DNA of 64,000 nucleotides, taken from the NCBI GenBank assembly GCA_965113315.1, contig OZ220367.1; one strand, given 5' to 3'. Shown piece after piece: positions 12,711 to 25,281 of the stretch. Numbering within the stretch: the stretch's first letter is position 1; the number at the start of each line of letters is the position of its first letter. Source of the DNA: Podarcis vaucheri. Its lineage: Eukaryota. A program made the translations under genes and the position numbers. Under the pieces are notes generated by a model, which was not told the origin of the DNA, ran no database searches, and saw only the letters and a list, made by a program, of their open reading frames with translations.

Positions 12711-13182
12711 TATTATGTAGTGGGTGGACATAGCAGACGACACAGAGATTTCTCCAAGTACAGTGGTACCTCGGGTTACATACGCTTCAGGTTACAGACT
12801 CCGCTAACCCAGAAATATTACCTCGGGTTAAGAACTTTGCTTCAGGATGAGAACAGAAATCGTGCTCCGGCGGCACAGCAGCAGCAGGAGGCCCCATTAG
12901 CTAAAGTGGTGCTTCAGGTTAAGAACAGTTTCAGGTTAAGAACGGACCTCCAGAACGAATTAATTACTTAACCCGAGGTACCACTGTAGTTCTTTATAAG
13001 TAAGCTGGAACTGAACTGAACAGCAAACAGCTCAGCCGGCCTGCTTTTATAGGCAGCCAGCTGTCAACACTGTAACAACAACAGCCCAGGGTTTCCTGCC
13101 TAAATTAACTTACGTGGACCTGAGTGAAAACTATATACACAATACCCCCTGGTGGCCAGGGTGAGAACTTCAACACATAACA
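12711..13182 (-). mobile_element. Probable solo LTR
   Basis: Termini tattatgt...acataaca form a degenerate TG..CA inverted pair. 5-bp TSD atttg (12706-12710 and 13183-13187). Minus-strand TATA-like (ttttata, ~13045) and polyA-like (tttat, ~12994) signals lie in LTR order. Confidence 0.6.
12761..12986. mobile_element. Tc1/pogo (Tigger-like) MITE
   Basis: TIRs cagtggtacctcgggtta and taacccgaggtaccactg, with TA on both sides. Confidence 0.92.
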
Positions 13183-15729
13183 ATTTGTATGACCAACCAC
13201 AAATTAAAATGTAAGTGAACGCACAGAGAGAATTATATCAAATACATCAAGTGTGTGGCTGCTCCATTCATGATCATAGGTTCATTCTAGAGATGGATAT
13301 GGGTTAATTAGTACATCCAGAACCATTAATCTCTGGAATATTCCTTCTTTAAGTGTAATATTTTTTTAACCTAAGAGCCATTCCAGTTTACTTTCATTCT
13401 GCAATAATGAATCTTAAATTGTAACTGGATCTCATAGCCAAACAAATTGAGGCAGGAAACAGCTAGCAATTTGCAAAATAAAACTGTATACTGTTTCCAG
13501 AACATGAACTTTTTAAAGGCATCCCATGGAATACCATTCCTCTAATGTTTTCCATTATCCTCCTAAGCATAGCCATTAGTGTTGAAGGCCGCTGATGATC
13601 ATCTTTCCTTGAAGCAAGCTAAGATGCACTGCCAAATATCTAATGCAGAAATTGCACATTGGATAATGTGCTGGGAATTTCCCTGCAAGAAAACTAGAGA
13701 TGATTGCTGAGCTGGAAAGTTCTTTCTGTATTCATTGAAAGGTTACTCTTCTTTGGTTTTAGGATATGCGGAGAGAAGCTGCTGTCTAATGGTTTACATT
13801 TCTTGATAGTCACTAATGCTATCCACAGTAATCTAACAAATGAGCTACTGGGTTAAAACCAATGCGTTCTAATTACTGCCCTGGTGTTTGTACAAAAGGT
13901 TCTTTGGACAAACAGTGCATCCTAATGTAAAACTGCTGCTATAGGCAGTATTTCCTTTTGCAGGGGAGTATTCAGTCACAGTCCTCCTGTAAACTGACAT
14001 CCAAACCAGGAGTATTTGTATCAGGTGGTACACTGTTTCTAAAGAACCAGTCTAGAATACTGAAAATAAGACAGACAAAATTCCCTAAGACTTCAGTAGG
14101 AGGACTGAGCATGAATTTTAGAGGGCTTGTTGAAATGAATGGGACTGAATTTGACTGGATTAGAGCGATTGTTCACTATTTTTCATATTACAGTTGATAA
14201 ATGCATGGCTTTTTTGACCATTCACTTACAGGAGTATATATGGTTTTATGCTGTAGCTCCAAATGATCACAAAAATTGGTGGCAATTGGTGGAAACTAGT
14301 AAAAAATATCTGTTCATGATACTTACTAACTAGGCTGAAAGATGTCTTGATTGAATTTGTTTAAAAAGGCAGAGTGATTACAAAATATAAATGCTTTCAG
14401 GAATTCATTGCTTGCTGTTGCTGTATTAAGTGTCAGTTTCCACATCTGTAACTTTGTGAAGATGTGAAAATCTGGAAATACTCACGCTTGCGATTTTGTT
14501 TACTTTTTGCAAAACCAACATCACCCTGATGCCTGTCCCTTTTCAAGTATTGCCACCGGATGGATGGATTGATGCATGCATGCAAAGAAGCACTAGAGCA
14601 GGGGTCACCAATATTTTTGGTCTAGTTGGCCTATTTTTAAATTTCAGAGAATGCTGGGGGCGCTATTCACAAAATGGCTGCCATGGCTGCTGTGGCATAA
14701 CACAAAATGGCTGCTGTGGGGAGCATGGCATAACACAAATTAGACAATTGCCTCTGACAACCTTATGCTTACCATGGGCACTCATCTATGCCCTATTGGT
14801 CCTGTTTATGGAGATCACACACAAAGGAGGAGGGAGGGATAGAGGCTGATGTTATTGCTGTCTAATAACAGGGAGCATTCCTCGGCACCAGGGGGAAGAA
14901 TATACAAGATAACCACACCATTCTCTTTTCTCGGAAATTTCTTAGAAGGTACCTCCACATATTGTCCCATAACTTTCTTTCTAGGAGGGCTAAAGGCTTA
15001 CTTAAAAAATAAAGTGAAATCTTAGAGTCTGGGGCACCTGCCAGGGGCACCCCTGGAAGCCTTCACAGGCACCATGCAGGCACAAAGGTTGACACACCCT
15101 GCAGGCATCATTGTAGCAGTCTGAGCTAGAAGTTGCCTTCTGTTTGATCATATGGATTGAACTAACAGGTATAAAAATTGAAGGACCAAATTTGGCAGTT
15201 GCATGAAAATTGCTGGAAAATAAATGCATAGCATTTGATAATTTCTGTGACGGAGCTGTGCAAATGCAAGAAACCTGGAGAGAATGTTGATGTGGCTAAC
15301 TTTAAGGGCCCATTAAAAGGCTCACTCCTCACATACCTGAAAATAAAATGAAAATTCATTTTAGATAAAGCACTGCTTAAGGTTCTTGCTGTATCATCAG
15401 CTGTGGTGAGCTGGACTCTGCCAACACTTGTACCTGGACTATCCTGACAATTTTGATTTGGCACAGAAAAGTTTAAAACTGTTCACAAGCAAGTATTGGT
15501 CCAAATACAATATACAATAGAAATAAGTATCCGTTAGTGAAAGGTGGGGTCAAGGTCACCACATCTTAATGTCTGTGCCTGACAATATTAGGGCTACTCT
15601 AGGGTTTCCAGCTGGCTTGTTATATAATGAAGTATATATCTTGGCCACCTTCTTAATGCAGTGTTTACTCAAGGATTTTGAGAGGGCACAAGAATTAATA
15701 ATGGCAAAAATCAGAAAGATCTAAAGGAT

Positions 15730-15788
15730 GCTTGGCAGGGGGTTGGACTCGATGGCCCTTGTGTTCTCTTCTAACTCTATGATTCTAA
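15730..15788 (+). mobile_element. CR1-type 3' tail fragment
   Basis: gggggttggactcgatggccctt...ctctatgattcta is a CR1-type terminus. Confidence 0.65.
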
Positions 15789-16887
15789 AGGGAGAATGAG
15801 GGGAGTTTGTTTTTACTTTAAACCATTCTGCAAAGTGGGTGGTAGGCAACTAAATTTTACTCAGAGTAAACCCATTGAAATCAATGAATATGACTAGGTT
15901 TGGTCCATTAATTTTGGAGTAAAACGTAAATTGGATACCCCTCTTGCATTGCATTATAGGCAATGGTATTTTCCTGTTAATGTGCATAAAAGCCATAGTT
16001 TGTTTGGAGTAGATTTAAGCAAACAAGATGAGTGCACCATATTGGGACAGGAATATTGGCCTTGTATATGAAGGGAAAATGTTTAGTTAACCTGTGCTAT
16101 ATAGCTCAGTGACTGACTTATGTCTAAATTATTGGCAGTGGAACTCATTCCTTCTTTTTAAGTCACTCAAGTGAGGCTATGGGCTGTTGCTTGCTTGTTT
16201 AGAAACCAAGGAATATGCCTGAGAATCATTTCCATGACTGAATACATGGAAAAACAAAAACAAAATGCCTTGTGTGAATTCATAATAGAATGACCGAGTG
16301 GTGGGCAAGGATCGAGAAGGCCTGGGATGAAATCCCCACTTGACCATGAAGATAACTGGCTGACCTTAGGCAATTATCTCTGTCTCGCCTAGCTTACAGG
16401 AGTGTAGTGAGGATAAATGAGACAGGTTGTTGTTGTTGTTTAAATCAAGTTCAGACAAATGATTTTGAAGATCTTGTGTTTCCCAAACATCATCTAAATG
16501 ATGAACATGGGATCAAATGGGACTGCACTGCTAGCAACCAAAGCACTATGGAATTCTATCTGCCCAACTGTGCAGATGACAGCCTTATGCTTGAAACAAC
16601 CCCCTGCTTGGAAGATTGTTCAATCCAAGTCTAGTTTAAAGATAAGGAACCATAAGGAGAGAGAAAAGGAATATTGAAGTTGCCCAGGGTCAGTCAGTAA
16701 GGAGAACAGACAAAGCAGGCACACAGATTAGCTGGTCACAGTCTTCCCCAGTCTGGTGAGATGTATTGCATTTCTATTTAAATAACAGTAAGCACTCCAA
16801 AATTTGCATATCTACATGTAAATTAATATATTAAAATCTTATGCAAATTTCTGTCACCTTTCTTTGGTGATAAGTACCTGTGCCAAA

Positions 16888-17225
16888 GGGACGCGGGTGG
16901 CGCTGTGGGTAAAACCTCAGCGCCTAGGACTTGCCGATTGCATGGTCGGCGGTTCGAATCCCTGCGGGGTGCGCTCCCGTTGCTCGGTCCCAGCGCCTGC
17001 CAACCTAGCAGTTCGAAAGCACATCAAAGTGCAAGTAGATAAATAGGGACCGCTTACTAGTGGGAAGGTAAACGGCTCGCCAGCTGCAGCTTCGTCACGC
17101 CGGCCACGTGACCCGGAAGTGTCTGCGGACAGCGCTGGCTCCCGGCCTCTTAAGTGAGATGGGCGCACAACCCTAGAGTCTGTCAAGACTGGCCCGTACG
17201 GGCAGGGGTACCTTTACCTTTACTT
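16888..17225 (+). mobile_element. Sauria SINE
   Basis: Same head, body and tail as 5504-5868. TSD tacctgtgccaaa (16875-16887 and 17226-17238). Confidence 0.92.
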
Positions 17226-17371
17226 TACCTGTGCCAAAATCCTACATCCACTGTGTAAACATAGAAGGAATAGATTTTTTTTTTAGTTCAAGCCATTTCT
17301 GCCCCAAATGGCCTGTTTTAGGAATTCTATGCTGGCTATTCTCCTCGGTGGCTGGTATTCATGACACAGTT

Positions 17372-17529
17372 AGTTAGCCTGGATAGTGAAGTTGGTTAGA
17401 GTGTGGTGCTAATAACGCCAAGTTTGCAGGTTTGAACCCTGCATGGGACAGCTGCCTATTCCTGCATTGCAGGGATTGGACTAGATGATCCTCAGGGTCC
17501 CTTTCAAATTCTACAATTATATGATTCTA
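17372..17529 (+). mobile_element. tRNA-Ile-derived SINE with CR1-type tail
   Basis: Head gttggttagagtgtggtgctaataacgccaag resembles tRNA-Ile(AAT). Tail gattggactagatgatcctcagggtccc...atgattcta. Confidence 0.75.
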
Positions 17530-17777
17530 CATATATTCAGTACAGTATATGCTACAAGCCGTGGTTCCATCAGGAAAGGAGAACAAAGGTTAAAACCTTA
17601 CCTTACAGCTTGTTGTGCCCACATTCGTTTTCTGACATGTTTTACTGATTAAGAGTTACAATTTAATTTGGGTTGTGTGAGAAAAATAAAAACCTGGAAC
17701 TTCATAGGATCTGTTGGAAAATCTAAAGAACTGTGCCCAACTCCCTGAAGCCACACATAAGTTTCTATGCACAACAT

Positions 17778-17821
<44 letters not shown>

Positions 17822-17933
17822 CTTTATTATTTATACCCGCTAATCTGGCTGGGTTTCCCCAGCCACTCTGGGTGGCTTACGGCACATATAAAAACATAGT
17901 AAAACATCAAATATCAAAAACTTCCCTATACAG
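17778..17933 (-). mobile_element. L2-type LINE 3' end with an adjacent (AAC)n repeat
   Basis: tctggctgggtttccccagccactctgggtgg is the reverse complement of the L2 terminus at about 32471-32502. Confidence 0.75.
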
Positions 17934-18248
17934 AGAAGTTTGAGTGAAACAAACCTGTGCAACATTGCATTAGACCAAGCAGTCTCTTTCAACTTGCTTA
18001 ATTGTTATTGGCACATGCCCATGAATCAATGAGTCAAATATTTTTACACTCTTTTAGCTGAATTTAGTTTCTACTCAATGCCAGCCAGACAGGCATGGAG
18101 ACTGGATTCTTCTCTCTCCCCACAAAAACCAATTGCAGTATAAATTGTAGGTGGTGTGAAGGGGCACACTTTACTAAATTGGGATTGGGTGGCAAGATTC
18201 ACAGGCTTGTGCTTGAATAGATTCAAAATATAATTTTGAAAAGGCAAT

Positions 18249-18281
<33 letters not shown>

Positions 18282-18283
<2 letters not shown>

Positions 18284-18383
18284 AAAAAAATTCCTTCCAG
18301 TAGCACCTTAAAGACCAACTAAGTTAGTTCTTGGTATGAGCTTTCGTGTGCATGCACACTTCTTCAGATACACTGAAACAGAA
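18282..18383 (-). mobile_element. Penelope-like pLTR fragment embedded in (CA)n
   Basis: Flanked by (CA)n on both sides. Carries a hammerhead motif and is homologous to 4312-4380. Confidence 0.7.
18334..18371 (-). ncRNA. Minimal type I hammerhead ribozyme motif
   Basis: Minus strand reads GUAU-CUGAAGA-A-GUGUG-CAUG-CACAC-GAAAG-CUC-AUAC. Both catalytic cores, a 5-bp stem II, a 4-bp stem I and a loopless palindromic stem III are present. Confidence 0.75.
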
Positions 18384-18519
18384 ACACACACACACGTACG
18401 TTATACTTGCTACTTATGCCTCATGATAATTTTAGCAATGCTACGAACAAATGACTTTTACTCCATTAATAACTGAGGTTATGCCTAGGTAGTCATTCTG
18501 TTGAAAAACATGTCAGTTA

Positions 18520-18873
18520 CAGTGGTGCCTCGCTAGACGAAATTAATTCATTCCGCGAGTTTTTTCGTCTAGCGAATTTTTCGTCTTGCGAAGCACGGTG
18601 TCGGAAAAGTTTTCGAAAAGCTTAAAAAATCACCAAAAACCTCAGAAAAGGCTACCACACCGCGTTCTATGAGCTGCTCCTCGAAGTCAAGCCGCAACTG
18701 TATTAACGGTGTTAAGAAAAAGGAAACAAACTTGCAAAAAAGGCAATACGTTTTCGTCTTGCGAAGCAAGCCCATAGGGAAATTCGTCTTGCGAAGCAGC
18801 TCAAAAACCACAAAACCCTTTCGTCTAGCGAGTTTTCCGTCTTGCGAGGCATTCGTCTTGCGGGGCACCACTG
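18520..18873. mobile_element. Tc1/pogo MITE
   Basis: TIRs cagtggtgcctcgctagacg and cgtcttgcggggcaccactg. Left TA intact, right mutated to CA. Internal ttcgtcttgcga repeats. Confidence 0.88.
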
Positions 18874-19242
18874 CAATTAAAATAAAAAGACTAAAAAGGT
18901 TGCCTGATGAAAGCTGAGCAGAAGAAACCTTATCAGACATGTACTTTTGCCAGTCTTTCAGATCTTTTGTTGAATCATCAATTCAATTAAAATGAGTGAA
19001 GTTGAATTCCTAAACCCACTTACCTGGCCTGGAAGGAAGTCCCACTGAACTTCGTGGGATTCTGAGTAAAAATACATAGAATGGGGTTGCAGGGTGGAGA
19101 AGTATGAGTTATTTTCATATGTTAGCAAATATAAGAATTAAGTTTTGGAATGCCAGTGAAAATTTAGATGTAGAAAAAAAACATAGTGTGTGAAATATAT
19201 CTGTACTAGAGGGGAGTGCTTGATATTGCCCAGGAATATGTA

Positions 19243-19588
19243 AAGGTAAAGGTAAAGGGACCCCTGACCATTAGGTCCAGTCGTGACCAACTCTGGGGTT
19301 GCGGCACTCATCTCACTTTATTGGCCGAGGGAGCCGGCGTACAGCTTCCGGGTCATGTGGCCAGCATGACTAAGCCGCTTTTGGCGAACCAGAGCAGTGC
19401 ACGGAAACGCCGTTTACCTTCCCGCCGGAGCAGTACCTATTTATCTACTTGCACTTTGACGTGCTTTCGAACTGCTAGGTTGGCAGGAGCAGGGACCGAG
19501 CATTGGGAGCTCACCCCATCACAGGGATTCGAACCGCCGACCTTCTGATTGGCAAGTCCTAGGCTCTGTGGTTTAACCCACAGCGCCA
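19243..19588 (-). mobile_element. Sauria SINE
   Basis: aaggtaaaggtaaagggacccct tail. TSD cccaggaatatgta (19229-19242 and 19589-19602). Confidence 0.92.
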
Positions 19589-20848
19589 CCCAGGAATATG
19601 TAGAAACCCCAAAATGCTGTGTTTTTTAAACTGGATAGTGTTTGGAGTTTTTTCTTTTTAGCTTGGATCAGTCATGCCAAAAATCAGGCAAAGTTATGCC
19701 AAAGTCACATTTTGATCTACCATCTTGATTCAAAATGACGCCCAGCACCCAAACATTACCAGGGACCCTCATACCCACCTTAGAAACCTTCATGCCAAGC
19801 TTGGTGATCAATAGGTGGCCAAGCTTATGCCTGTGTCAAAAAATGGGCAAAGTCAGAATGGCAGCCCAGTAGCCCAACACTGAAGGAAACTGCTGCCCCA
19901 CGCCTCGGGGACCCTTGTTCCAAATTTGGCAATGATACCTAGGGAGGCAGCTTGTACCTATAAAGAACAAAATATATAGTAGATACGAATGTATGAAGTA
20001 AATAAGCCAATATTCTTTTGCTGGTGCAAAAAGAAAACTTATTTATTACATGGATTTCTCTCCCCTTAGTGCCACCTTTTCAGGGAGCTCATTAAAGCAA
20101 ACGAGAGACCTTGTCCCCAGTCAGGGTTAAATGAATAGCACACAGCAGCAAATTACATATGACACAGGTGCCAGCAGAAACCATTCAAACTGCAAAAAGG
20201 AGCCTCCTGTAAGTTCAGAGTGTCCTAAGTGTTATCCAAATCAGCTACTTCCATGGATTCCAGTGTCTGCTACGAAGCTGCTCTTCACCAACTGCGCATG
20301 ACAGCCTCATTAGCTTTTTGTCACCAAAAGTGACTTGTTGCTGGTTGTTCTTCTTGAAATTCTCCCTTTCCACTCCACATGGGCCCCATGCCTCCTTCCT
20401 TTTCCTTGCATGTGTTTATAAATAGAACTGTCCTGGTAGACTTCATTTGGCCTACCCTGTTGTCCTCTTATGCGAGTTATTTTTTGATCTAAAAATAGAA
20501 CTCTGTTAGTAGATCTGCATCGCCGGGATTCTGAAAGTTCACATATAAACTGGGCTGCAATTAAGCAATGTGTTAGAAAACCGTATGGCTGACATTTCTG
20601 CTCGCAGTCTCCACATTTTGATGCCGCGTAGCCTCTGATATAATAACTGTTAAAGAGTTGCACGTCAAAACACTTCTTAAAACTTATCAACGAATAACCA
20701 AAAATATCTCATAGAAGCAAGAAACTTCACATGTAGATCTTAGTAGAGATAGAAGCTTTGAGGAATCCTGAATTTATTTTTTTATTTATTGAATTTATAT
20801 CCCACCCTTTCTCCCAAAGGAGCCTAGCATGGCAGAACTTAAAGAGAA

Positions 20849-20899
<51 letters not shown>
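20849..20899. repeat. (AAT)n microsatellite
   Basis: Read directly. It explains the poly-I and poly-Y ORFs here. Confidence 0.95.
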
Positions 20900-21354
20900 T
20901 CATAGCGGAGTTCAGAGTAATTGTAATCAGTTTCCTATAATGATTCCTGATCCAATGAATTGTTTCTTTGATAAAAGCAATGTAGCATTGTTGCTTTCTC
21001 TTGGGAAAAAGAGAGGAAGGCAGGCAAAAGTCAACTGTACTTTCTTTTTGCACCCCACACTCTACCATCAACTAGCCTGCAGGAAGTGTCCCAAGGGCTT
21101 TTAAGTATGTTAATATTGTGTTATGGTGGTAAGCTGCCTTGGAAAGGTCTGTATTCTGAATGCAGGATATAAATAATTGTAATAAATGAACAAGGTGTCT
21201 GCATATAAAATTCCCTCTCCAGAAATCATTGTAAATGTTTATAGGGTTCTTGGAGTATTAAAACAAGCCCCAATGTGTGATGGAAGATCACTGTGCATTT
21301 ATTAAGTAATTCTTTTGCAAGGGCTAGGGCCACTTCACACACTTATTGGGTCCT

Positions 21355-21721
21355 AAAAAGGTAAAGGGACCCCTAACTGTTAAATCCAGTCACAGACGAC
21401 TCTGGGGTTGTGGCGCTCATCTCGCTTTACTGGCCGAGGGACCCAATGTTTGTCCATCAGACAGTTTTTCTGGGTCATGCTGGCAGCATGACTAATCCAC
21501 TTCTGGCAAAACCAGAGCAGTGCACAGAAATGCTGTTTACCGTCCCACCGGAGCAGTACCTATTTATCTGCTTGCACTTGATGTACTTTTGAATTGCTAG
21601 GTTGGCAGGAACAGGGACCGAGCAACGGGAGCTCACCCCGTCGCGGGGATTCGAACTGCCGACCTTCTAATCGGCAAGCCCTAGGCTCTGTGGTTTAGAC
21701 CACAGCGCCACCCGTGTCCCT
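21355..21721 (-). mobile_element. Sauria SINE
   Basis: Homologous to 19243-19588. Degenerate TSD ttgg(g/a)tccta. Confidence 0.88.
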
Positions 21722-24577
21722 CTGTTGGATCCTACTTACCTGAAATATATTTAAAGTTACGCTGAGACGCTGCCAGACCCCTCTCACTCCCTTCCCAAAG
21801 CAAGGATGGAAGGGAGAAATAAGTAAATAAATGTAGAGCAGAGTGTGTTGGGTTTCCTTGGCTCTCCATTTATTTATTTATTTATTCATCCCCCCCCCAA
21901 CACCACGTAAGGTTGCAATCGCGTAAGTAAAGCAAACACAATTTGTGGGCTTGCTGTACTTGTACACAGCGTGTGTTTGTAAATGTGTTGTGTTCTACCC
22001 ACACTTTACATTTTTAGATGTACACACCTAAGATCTTTTAAGGCTACACCCAAAGTGTGAAGTGGCCTCCCAGGCTGTTCACAGCAGCGTAATTAGAATA
22101 TATGCGTTCAATGAGGTCGTAGCTTTATTTATAAGTGTTTTCTCCAAATCAGCCAGCAGAGAGCACTTTCTTTTGCAACATATCATCTAAGCAAGGATGC
22201 AAATCTAGGGAAAGTACTAGGGTTTTGTTTTGATTTTTTTCCGGCCTAAAAAAGGAAAACATAACAACTGGTTTTGCATATTTCTGTACAAGCACCTCTT
22301 TCATAAAACCCTGCTGTCTAAGGTTTAGTTCTCACCAAGGTAGTCAAACCTTTATTTGGGCTGCACTATTTCAGGCTGCAAGTGGGGGTCATAGAATTGA
22401 ATGTTTCCACAAACAAAAAATATGAATTCAATACACACAGACAACTAGAGGAAGGATAGGCATGAACCTTTTGTCTGACATCAGGTTTTCTATTTACAGG
22501 GATTAATTTTATTTCATTTTTAGAAATATTCAGTCACTTGAGTCTCCACCTGCAATCTGTTCAGGTTAAGGTTTATTACCTTGATAAAAACTAGATCTAA
22601 TTGTTCCCTCAATTGTCAGCAGCATTTCAGATTACAGATCTCTCTTCAATTTGCCCTCCATTTTAGGAAAATATTAACGTTACTTGGCTTCCGGTATTTA
22701 GCAAAAATAGATGTTTCTGTAACCTACTTAGAGTCAGAAACTGCTATTGCCCATGTGCCATTTGATTGTGCTTTATTTAAATAAATAAATAAATAAATAA
22801 ATAAATCATTATTCATAGAGACCCAATGTTTAATAATCTAGTAAGTACTATAGGAGCATGCAAGGAAGAAGCTTTCAGAAGCAAGAATGCAATGGTATTA
22901 TCAATTACCACCTCTATTTTATTTTTTTTACAAATCAACAGGGTGGTACATATATGAGGAAGAAACAGAATGGGAAAAAATGATGGTTCATTACAGAACA
23001 ACATGTAGGTCCGGTTTGCACATAACAATAAGCAAACGATGGTTTGGCACAAGTGTGTGTGTGCTCAGGTTCCCGTAAAGCTGATCACAGCTGATTTGCT
23101 TCTCCTTTGGTCCTGTTGCTGTGAGCTAAGCTATGGTTTGGCTTAGCATGCTGTCTGAACTTGGGCTTGTGTTTGGACTTGATTCAGTCCAATCATGAGC
23201 TGTTAACCAAGAACAAACCTTTGTTACAGTTTGTGGTTTCGCTGGAGTGAGGCAAACTACAAGCCTAGGTTTGGATGACATGCCAAGTCAAACCCATGGT
23301 TTATCTCACAGCAGCATAGCAATAGCTGGATTGGAAGAGGATCAAAGCCATCATGATCTCCTCTCTGGAGACCTACATATTAAGGCAAGGTTTGACTTAG
23401 TGTTATGTAGCAAATCTGGATCATACAGAACAACATTACACTGACTCAGTTTGGGTGGAATGATAAACCATAGTTAGTGGTTTACTGTGAACACACTTTT
23501 CTGCACTGTTTGTCTCCTCCCCACTAGCACATGCAGAAAACAAACCATGAGCCATTGCTTAGCAGTATTTCCATATCAAGGATTGTGTTTTTCTTACTCC
23601 AACAAGCCAAGTGAGTAAGTAAACCAAGACCAAAGCAAAACAAACCATGGTCATAATGCTCCGATCATAATTCTGAGCCAGGGAATCATGGTTTGTTTCT
23701 TCCCTGTGTGAGCAGGGAGGAGACAAAAAGACCAGAAAAAAATTGATCAGGGTAAAACCATGGACAAACCAGCTCAGTAGCATCTTTGCATCCCACCCCA
23801 GATGCGTGTTCAAATAGCAGCCCCTATTCCTTACCACATATTATTTCCATGTGGCTGCTCCCCACACCTCAATGGGTGATGCTGTAGATCTCCAAAAGCT
23901 TTGGGGGCTTCCAGAAGGTGCTGCTAGAAGGGGGAGCTGAAAAGCCTGTAATTGAGCAGAGCACCTTTAGTATATAAGGGATTTAAAGCTATTTCTGTAT
24001 ATAAGGGATTTAAAGATAATTCTTAAATTTTCATTGCATCAAAAGCCCATGTGCTGGGTGAGTGTATATTTTTTTGAATGTTTTTATTAAAGATTTCTTT
24101 AACAGCGTAGGGGTCTAGAGGTGACAGAATGGTGTCTCCATCTACTCCCCCCCCCCGTTTGTGTGAGACCTGTACATATCTAGCCAAAACATTTTGCTGA
24201 GTAGGTCAGCAGTGTGTGGAAATTTGATCCAGAAACCCTCCACGGACTTTGGAGATACCACAACTCAAGGCATGTAGCACTTTCTCTGTGAGACCTACAT
24301 CAGAGAAGGGGGTGGGGGGGGAAGGGAAGAGAAGAAATTGTCTATCAATCTTCTGTCATGAATACATGCTGGCATGGGACTGGCTTGGGAGATACAAATA
24401 ATTGCAAATCTCTGTTTTATGGAAGTAGTTGGCGCTTTTATGTGATAAATAATTGAAAGGGTAATCAGTCTTAATGTTAATATAAGTAATTTGAAGTGTG
24501 CCTAAAGAAGTAGGGCTGGATAACTATGAAAATTGAACATTAATTCAGCAGGACTGTCTAGTGCATGCAATCATATA

Positions 24578-24669
24578 TGTGTGTGTGTGTGTGTACACAC
24601 ACACACACACACACACACACAATGTTTTAAATGTTCCTGGTGGTAGTAATTATTGAGAACCAGCCACCT

Positions 24670-24719
<50 letters not shown>
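24578..24719. repeat. (TG)n(CA)n inverted microsatellite followed by a (CT)n tract
   Basis: Read directly: 24578-24620 and about 24672-24719. Confidence 0.95.
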
Positions 24720-24722
<3 letters not shown>

Positions 24723-25281
24723 TCTTGGAGGCTTCCTTATCTGGTTTGTGCGTTCCCCAGTACATTCAACACATGGGCTGGTGCTGTGCGCTCTCGGGAA
24801 TCGGAGCAATTTATGCTCAGTTTCTCCGTCTGCAAGGCACAGCAAATCATCTGCTGGTGAAAGCTTCTGAGACCTGTCAGCAATCTGCAGCTGATTTCTG
24901 TGCGTTTAGAGGCTGGGGAGGCACCGTGGATGGAACAAGCTACCAAATCTTGCCGAGATCTTACCCCAGGGGTAACAGTCAGTGCAGAACAACAAAAGAA
25001 AGGGGAGCGCTGCTTTTTCACCGGAATAGTAGCTTATCTGAACTCCCAGCTCTGTAACTGAAGGGGTGGGGAGAGCTGGGGAAATCGCGAGCAAGGCTCT
25101 GAGTAGCAGTTCCAGCTTCTACAGGAGTAGCAGTGGCTGTGTTTAAACAGCACTTATTCTGTTACTTGCCTGAGAAACGTCAGCAGATGGACTTTGGTTT
25201 CAATGCTCTAATATTTCCAGGGACTCTGGATGTTGGAATACAAGTAGCGGTCTATAGATTGTGTATTTTACTTGCTGAAAA
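24720..25281 (+). promoter_or_regulatory. ANK3: Putative alternative promoter / 5'UTR of the ANK3 first exon
   Basis: Repeat-free sequence with locally retained CpGs, directly upstream of the ANK3 ATG. The TSS cannot be determined from sequence. Confidence 0.5.

Noticed and set aside
17385-17448. Possible tRNA-Ile gene
   Set aside because: Stems are degenerate and it is fused to a CR1-type tail, so it is a SINE head.
18540-18860. Spaced ttcgtcttgcga repeats resembling a CRISPR-like array
   Set aside because: These are irregular subterminal repeats inside a TIR-bounded MITE in a vertebrate genome.
19216-19548. Recurrent ORFs with GHVASMTKPLLANQSS / CFRTARLAGAGTEQ, suggesting a gene family
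   Set aside because: They are antisense translations of Sauria SINE copies.
24653-25057. 134-aa ORF upstream of the ANK3 exon
   Set aside because: It starts at a non-ATG codon, includes the (CT)n repeat and resembles no protein I recognise.
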